From Promethearchaeia archaeon (lineage in GTDB: Archaea; Asgardarchaeota; Lokiarchaeia; Sigyniarchaeales; SOKP01): DNA of 10,956 nt. Position numbers and translations under genes: made by a program. The notes beneath the pieces were generated by a model that saw nothing but the letters and a program-made list of their open reading frames with translations, ran no database searches and had not been told where the DNA came from. Below are positions 7,513 through 10,956 of the stretch, one piece after another (position 1 is the stretch's first letter; the number at the start of each line of letters is the position of its first letter). The DNA lies in assembly GCA_029856105.1 (NCBI GenBank), contig JAHQWH010000008.1, positions 1-10,956 on the forward strand, read 5' to 3'.

Positions 7513-7722
7513 ATGCGCCCCAAAAATAAGGTGTTTTATAATCTTATAAAAGCTCATGGAAGTGAGGAAGATAAATGGCAGCACGATTACATTAATCTTT
7601 ACTATGAATAGAAAGAAAAATTTGAAAAGAAGTACCTAAATGAATTATCCCTAATAAAATTAAATTTAAAAAAGTTTTTAGAAAAAAATATAAATATTCT
7701 AAAAACAATATTTATAAAATGA
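7513..7722 (+). pseudogene. Short reading frame containing fragment copy R2 (AHGSEEDKWQHDYINLYYE*KEKFEKK) with one in-frame TAG
   Basis: ATG at 7513, TAG at 7609-7611 where R1 and R3 have CAG and CAA, frame then open to TGA 7720-7722. Similarity to R3 spans 7552-7634. Confidence 0.6.
7674..7716 (+). promoter_or_regulatory. BRE/TATA promoter of the MBL gene overlapped by two inverted repeats
   Basis: GAAAAAAATATAAATA at 7681-7696, about 25 nt before ATG 7719. Inverted repeats GTTTTTAGAA/TTCTAAAAAC (7674-7683, 7697-7706) and TATAAATATT/AATATTTATA (7689-7698, 7707-7716). Confidence 0.5.
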
Positions 7723-8528
7723 GTGATAACAACCAACATTTTAAAATAGTTAAACATAAAGATTATTTATATGTAATACAAGAAAATATTTCCATAGTTC
7801 ACTCTGCTTACACAAATGATCCTCTAAATATGTATCTAATTTTAGGAAATCATTCTGCTTTATTAATTGACACGGGATGCGGGATATCTCCTTTAAAACC
7901 AATAGTAGATAAACTAATTGGTTCAAGAAAATTATTAGTTTTTAATTCACACGCCCATTGGGATCATGTTTTAGGTAATGAAGAATTTGGTGAAGTATAT
8001 ATTCATGAAAATGAAGAAATAATAGTCTCTGAACCTTACAATCTTTCGTATACAAAGGAATTATTTGCCAAATATTATGCCAATAGAAATTTTTCTATTC
8101 CTCCTGCGAAAATTATTAAAAAATTAAGAGATGGAGATATTTTTGACTTAGGAAATATCAGTATTGAAGTAATTCACGCACCGGGCCATTCTTCAGGCTC
8201 AATATGTCTACTTACAAATAAGAACGAACTTTTTACTGGAGATGTTGCATATTACGGAGATCAGTTTTTACCCAGAAAAAGACACATTCCCATAGTTCTC
8301 GAAAGCCTTTCTAAATTGATAAAATTATGTGAGAAAAACAAGTCGCTCGAACTTTATCCATCACATAGACAATTTCCATGTGATATAAATCTTTTAACTG
8401 AGCTTTACAAGGGAGTTAGAAATATAAAAAATCTATGGCATACAAGAAATCCATTTGATCTTTTTTATGCGTGGGAAATTAAAGATGAAGAAAATGATAA
8501 GTTTAGATATTTTGTATCTAGACTTTAA
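7719..8528 (+). CDS. MBL-fold metallo-hydrolase (glyoxalase II / beta-lactamase superfamily II)
   Basis: LLIDTG, HAHWDH (HxHxDH), PGHSSGS, LFTGD and PSH metal-ligand motifs occur in the canonical order. Confidence 0.95.
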   Translation: MSDNNQHFKIVKHKDYLYVIQENISIVHSAYTNDPLNMYLILGNHSALLIDTGCGISPLKPIVDKLIGSRKLLVFNSHAHWDHVLGNEEFGEVYIHENEEIIVSEPYNLSYTKELFAKYYANRNFSIPPAKIIKKLRDGDIFDLGNISIEVIHAPGHSSGSICLLTNKNELFTGDVAYYGDQFLPRKRHIPIVLESLSKLIKLCEKNKSLELYPSHRQFPCDINLLTELYKGVRNIKNLWHTRNPFDLFYAWEIKDEENDKFRYFVSRL

Positions 8529-8764
8529 TAAGTTGTTTCGATCTAACAAGCTTCTTATTATTGAGATTCTGTGTTTTTTAAATATAATCGAAACATTAAC
8601 ATAATCACGGTCAAAAAAGTAAAAAAAGGATTTATGTTTAAAATCTTTGCTGAACTTGCCGATTCTGTAATCTATGTTATCAAAGATATAGTTTTTTTAT
8701 TTTTGAACTTTTAATATTTAGAAAGACCAAAATTTAAATTAATCGTTGTTTTTACGATTCTTTT

Positions 8765-9226
8765 CTAAATCTTTCGTGAAAGCCAAACTCCTATAAACGA
8801 TAAAACACCAGCTATAATAGGACCAATGCTGCCAAAATTGGGTCTATAATAACCCCAACTAACACCTATAGCATCACCCATTATAATATTGTATATAAGA
8901 GACCCCGCAATAAGGATAATACCGCAAATTAATAATAAACCTTGTAGAATTTTTCTATTTTTAATACCCTTACGAGACATTAGCGCGGTAAATATTAAAG
9001 TTACTACACTTATTATATTTAAGATCAAGAAAATTATCCCCGTCAAAAAAATATACTCTGGAATAAGGACCACTACCGAAGCAGGAGCTATTGAAGAACC
9101 CCACATCCATACAAAAGCTATCCCTGGGGTATAATAAGCCGTAATCGCAGGACTTATTATCGCAATGATTACTATCAGCGCATCTATACTAAGATATAGC
9201 CAAAATTTACTTTTTAAATCAACCAT
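8765..9226 (-). CDS. Hypothetical 4-TM membrane protein (153 aa)
   Basis: Four hydrophobic helices, with VWMWG after TM1 and YRPNFGSIGPIIAGVL at TM4. Confidence 0.85.
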   Translation of the reverse strand: MVDLKSKFWLYLSIDALIVIIAIISPAITAYYTPGIAFVWMWGSSIAPASVVVLIPEYIFLTGIIFLILNIISVVTLIFTALMSRKGIKNRKILQGLLLICGIILIAGSLIYNIIMGDAIGVSWGYYRPNFGSIGPIIAGVLSFIGVWLSRKI

Positions 9227-9249
9227 TTTAATGTCAATCTAATTATTGG

Positions 9250-9320
9250 TCTTTACACTTTTGTATTAAAATTTGTAAGACAAGAATAATATTGATAATT
9301 GATTATTTAATGCTTTTGTA
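9250..9320 (-). promoter_or_regulatory. Two tandem BRE/TATA-like elements upstream of the 153-aa gene
   Basis: TACAAAAGTGTAAAGA (9265-9250) and TACAAAAGCATTAAATA (9320-9304), both resembling 2666-2650. Confidence 0.45.
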
Positions 9321-9663
9321 ACACTTATTCATTAAAATTTTAATTTTGCTCCTGTTTTATCTCTTGGTCATCAGATTAATTTTTTGCCTAAACTCATATA
9401 AATCTTTCAATGCCAAGAAGATTAATTCTTAACAAAAATTCCTTTAGAACAAGATATTCAGGCTCTTACCAAAGAATTGGATAAAAAGAAAAATAAAGAA
9501 AGTTAACAAAACAGAACCAAAAAAAAATAAGTATTAATTTTTTATAGGTTGATTTCTGAAGAGATTCATAAGTTAAAATTGTTATTTATTAATCAATAAT
9601 ATTTAAATAAATGATGAAATTTTTAAAATCACTCTTTTGAAATGCTTTTTGTTTTACCTTTAA

Positions 9664-9828
9664 TCTTTATACAAGATATATATCGAAACTCACGACGAGT
9701 GGTATTGTACTGAATGTCATGAAAACGATCGCATCTGGTACCCCGCACATGGAAGTGCAGAAAATAGATGGCAAAATGACTATATCAATATGTACTATGA
9801 ACAAAAAGAAAAGTTTGAAAAGAAGTAA
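9664..9828 (+). pseudogene. Longest fragment copy R3: SLYKIYIETHDEWYCTECHENDRIWYPAHGSAENRWQNDYINMYYEQKEKFEKK*, 5'-truncated, containing CxxCH
   Basis: 54 sense codons between TAA 9661-9663 and TAA 9826-9828, with no ATG/GTG/TTG in the 5' part; homologous to R1 and R2. Confidence 0.7.
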
Positions 9829-9890
9829 AAATAAAGGAAAAGAGAATTCTATAAAATAGCTCTGCCAATTCGCCCAAATAATGCTTTAGA

Positions 9891-10289
9891 TTAAACCCTG
9901 CGGCCCCTATGGCCCCCCTTGCGCCGGCAGTGGTCGTGAGATTTAGGGGTGACTTCTTCTATTCGACCTACGCGTAGTCCAGAACGAGCGAGTGCGCGTA
10001 TGCATGCTTGAGCCCCAGGTCCGGGAGTTTGGCTTTTATTTCCACCGGGCGCTCTTACTTTAATGTGGACGCCCAAAACGCCTTTATCTCTAAGTTCGTT
10101 AGCCACGCGGAACCCGCACTGCATTGCCGCGTATGGATTCGATTCGTCTCGGTCAGCTTTAACTACCATACCGCCGCTACATTTTGCGAACGTTTCACCG
10201 CCGCTGAGGTCCGTAGCTGTAACAATAGTGTTGTTGTAGCTGCTAAAGATGTGAACGATTGCCCATTTCATTTGTTCTGATTTACTCAT
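9891..10289 (-). CDS. rps11: 30S ribosomal protein S11 (uS11), archaeal type
   Basis: [46 protein letters not shown] and RGRRV motifs. Confidence 0.98.
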   Translation of the reverse strand: MSKSEQMKWAIVHIFSSYNNTIVTATDLSGGETFAKCSGGMVVKADRDESNPYAAMQCGFRVANELRDKGVLGVHIKVRAPGGNKSQTPGPGAQACIRALARSGLRVGRIEEVTPKSHDHCRRKGGHRGRRV

Positions 10290-10302
10290 ATTAATTATCT
10301 CG

Positions 10303-10806
10303 TTAAGTCTTTTCTTTAACTGTTGTTAGAGGGCTACTGGGAGCGTAACCAATGAAATCTTCTTCGTCTTTTTTTACTATGTAAGAAGGGGCGTCTATTT
10401 TTTTGCCTATTACTTGAATGTGTCCGTGAACAATAAATTGTCTCGCTTGATAGATTGTTTTGGCAAACCCTTTCTCAAAGACCAAAGTTTGTAGTCGTCT
10501 TTTTAATAAGTCCTCAACGGTGAGCGATAACACGTCCTCGAATCTTGCTTCTGGACCTACTACGCCGATTCTGATTAACTTCTTACTTAGCGTTTCTTGA
10601 ACCTCTGCAGCTCTTTCTTTTGATAACGTTCTAGATTGTCGCGCTATTCTTCTCCAATTAACCAGCATGGAACGCATTTTCCAGAACTCTCGTTTATTTC
10701 TAAGTCCGTATTTACCTAGGAATTCAAGTTCTTCAGCCAACCTTTCTTTTTGAAAGGGGTGTTTTGGTTTTTTAAATTTTTTTTTTAAGCGTCGTGGGTC
10801 TCCGAT
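10303..10806 (-). CDS. rps4: 30S ribosomal protein S4 (uS4), archaeal type, 167 aa, apparent ATC start
   Basis: [15 protein letters not shown] and [10 protein letters not shown] motifs. The frame extends 22 codons upstream of the track's TTG to ATC-GGA-GAC-CCA ([18 protein letters not shown]), matching the conserved archaeal MGDP N-terminus. Confidence 0.95.
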   Translation of the reverse strand: MGDPRRLKKKFKKPKHPFQKERLAEELEFLGKYGLRNKREFWKMRSMLVNWRRIARQSRTLSKERAAEVQETLSKKLIRIGVVGPEARFEDVLSLTVEDLLKRRLQTLVFEKGFAKTIYQARQFIVHGHIQVIGKKIDAPSYIVKKDEEDFIGYAPSSPLTTVKEKT

Positions 10807-10808
10807 TT

Positions 10809-10956
10809 TTAATCACCTTGTTTTTGCCCTTGCCCTTGCTCTTTTAATCTTCTTCTAAATACGCCGACTACTAGTCCGTGTCGTCCCGTGCTTTTAGTTT
10901 TTTGACCTCTTACTTTCAGTCCTTGGTGGTGTCGTACACCTTTATAGCTTCTAATC
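10809..10956 (-). CDS. rps13: 30S ribosomal protein S13 (uS13), C-terminal part (5' end outside the window)
   Basis: Translation [48 protein letters not shown] matches the uS13 signature; stop TAA at 10811-10809. Confidence 0.96.
   Translation of the reverse strand, partial: IRSYKGVRHHQGLKVRGQKTKSTGRHGLVVGVFRRRLKEQGQGQKQGD

Noticed and set aside
8889-9134. 81-aa plus-strand ORF
   Set aside because: Antisense shadow of the 153-aa membrane gene.
9410-9506. Coding-looking stretch (FLTKIPLEQDIQALTKELDKKKNKES*), and a 24-aa ORF in another frame
   Set aside because: May be another gene remnant, but it is short, stop-bounded and has no second copy or recognisable motif.
10008-10280. 90-aa plus-strand ORF
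   Set aside because: Antisense to rps11.
10818-10840. Short CAAGGG repeat giving QGQGQKQG at the uS13 C-terminus
   Set aside because: Low-complexity variable tail; such tails are common in uS13.

Overview
Archaeal window, probably Asgard/Lokiarchaeia-like (inferred from the archaeal S13-S4-S11 order and sequences, AT-rich membrane-protein genes, GGTGA Shine-Dalgarno sites and BRE/TATA promoters). Right end: the end of the rps13-rps4-rps11 cluster on the minus strand; rps4 appears to start at a non-canonical ATC and rpoD does not follow rps11. Left end: a large exported protein gene missed by the ORF track (2602 to beyond position 1, minus strand), with a signal/anchor, exactly 14 LVIVD-type beta-propeller blades at a 126-nt period, and near-identical 95-aa Ig-like repeats. 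Blade variation is concentrated in four codons, which are mostly NNY. Between them is an AT-rich accessory region with uncharacterised membrane proteins, a divergent winged-helix regulator with a perfect 18-bp palindrome, and an MBL-fold hydrolase. This region is punctuated by three diverged, co-oriented fragments of one unknown gene (QxDYINxYYEQKEKFE, at about 2759, 7552 and 9664) that share a right-hand boundary, suggesting a serial insertion or cassette-accretion hotspot next to the ribosomal cluster. No integrase, transposase, reverse transcriptase, RNA gene or CRISPR array was recognised.
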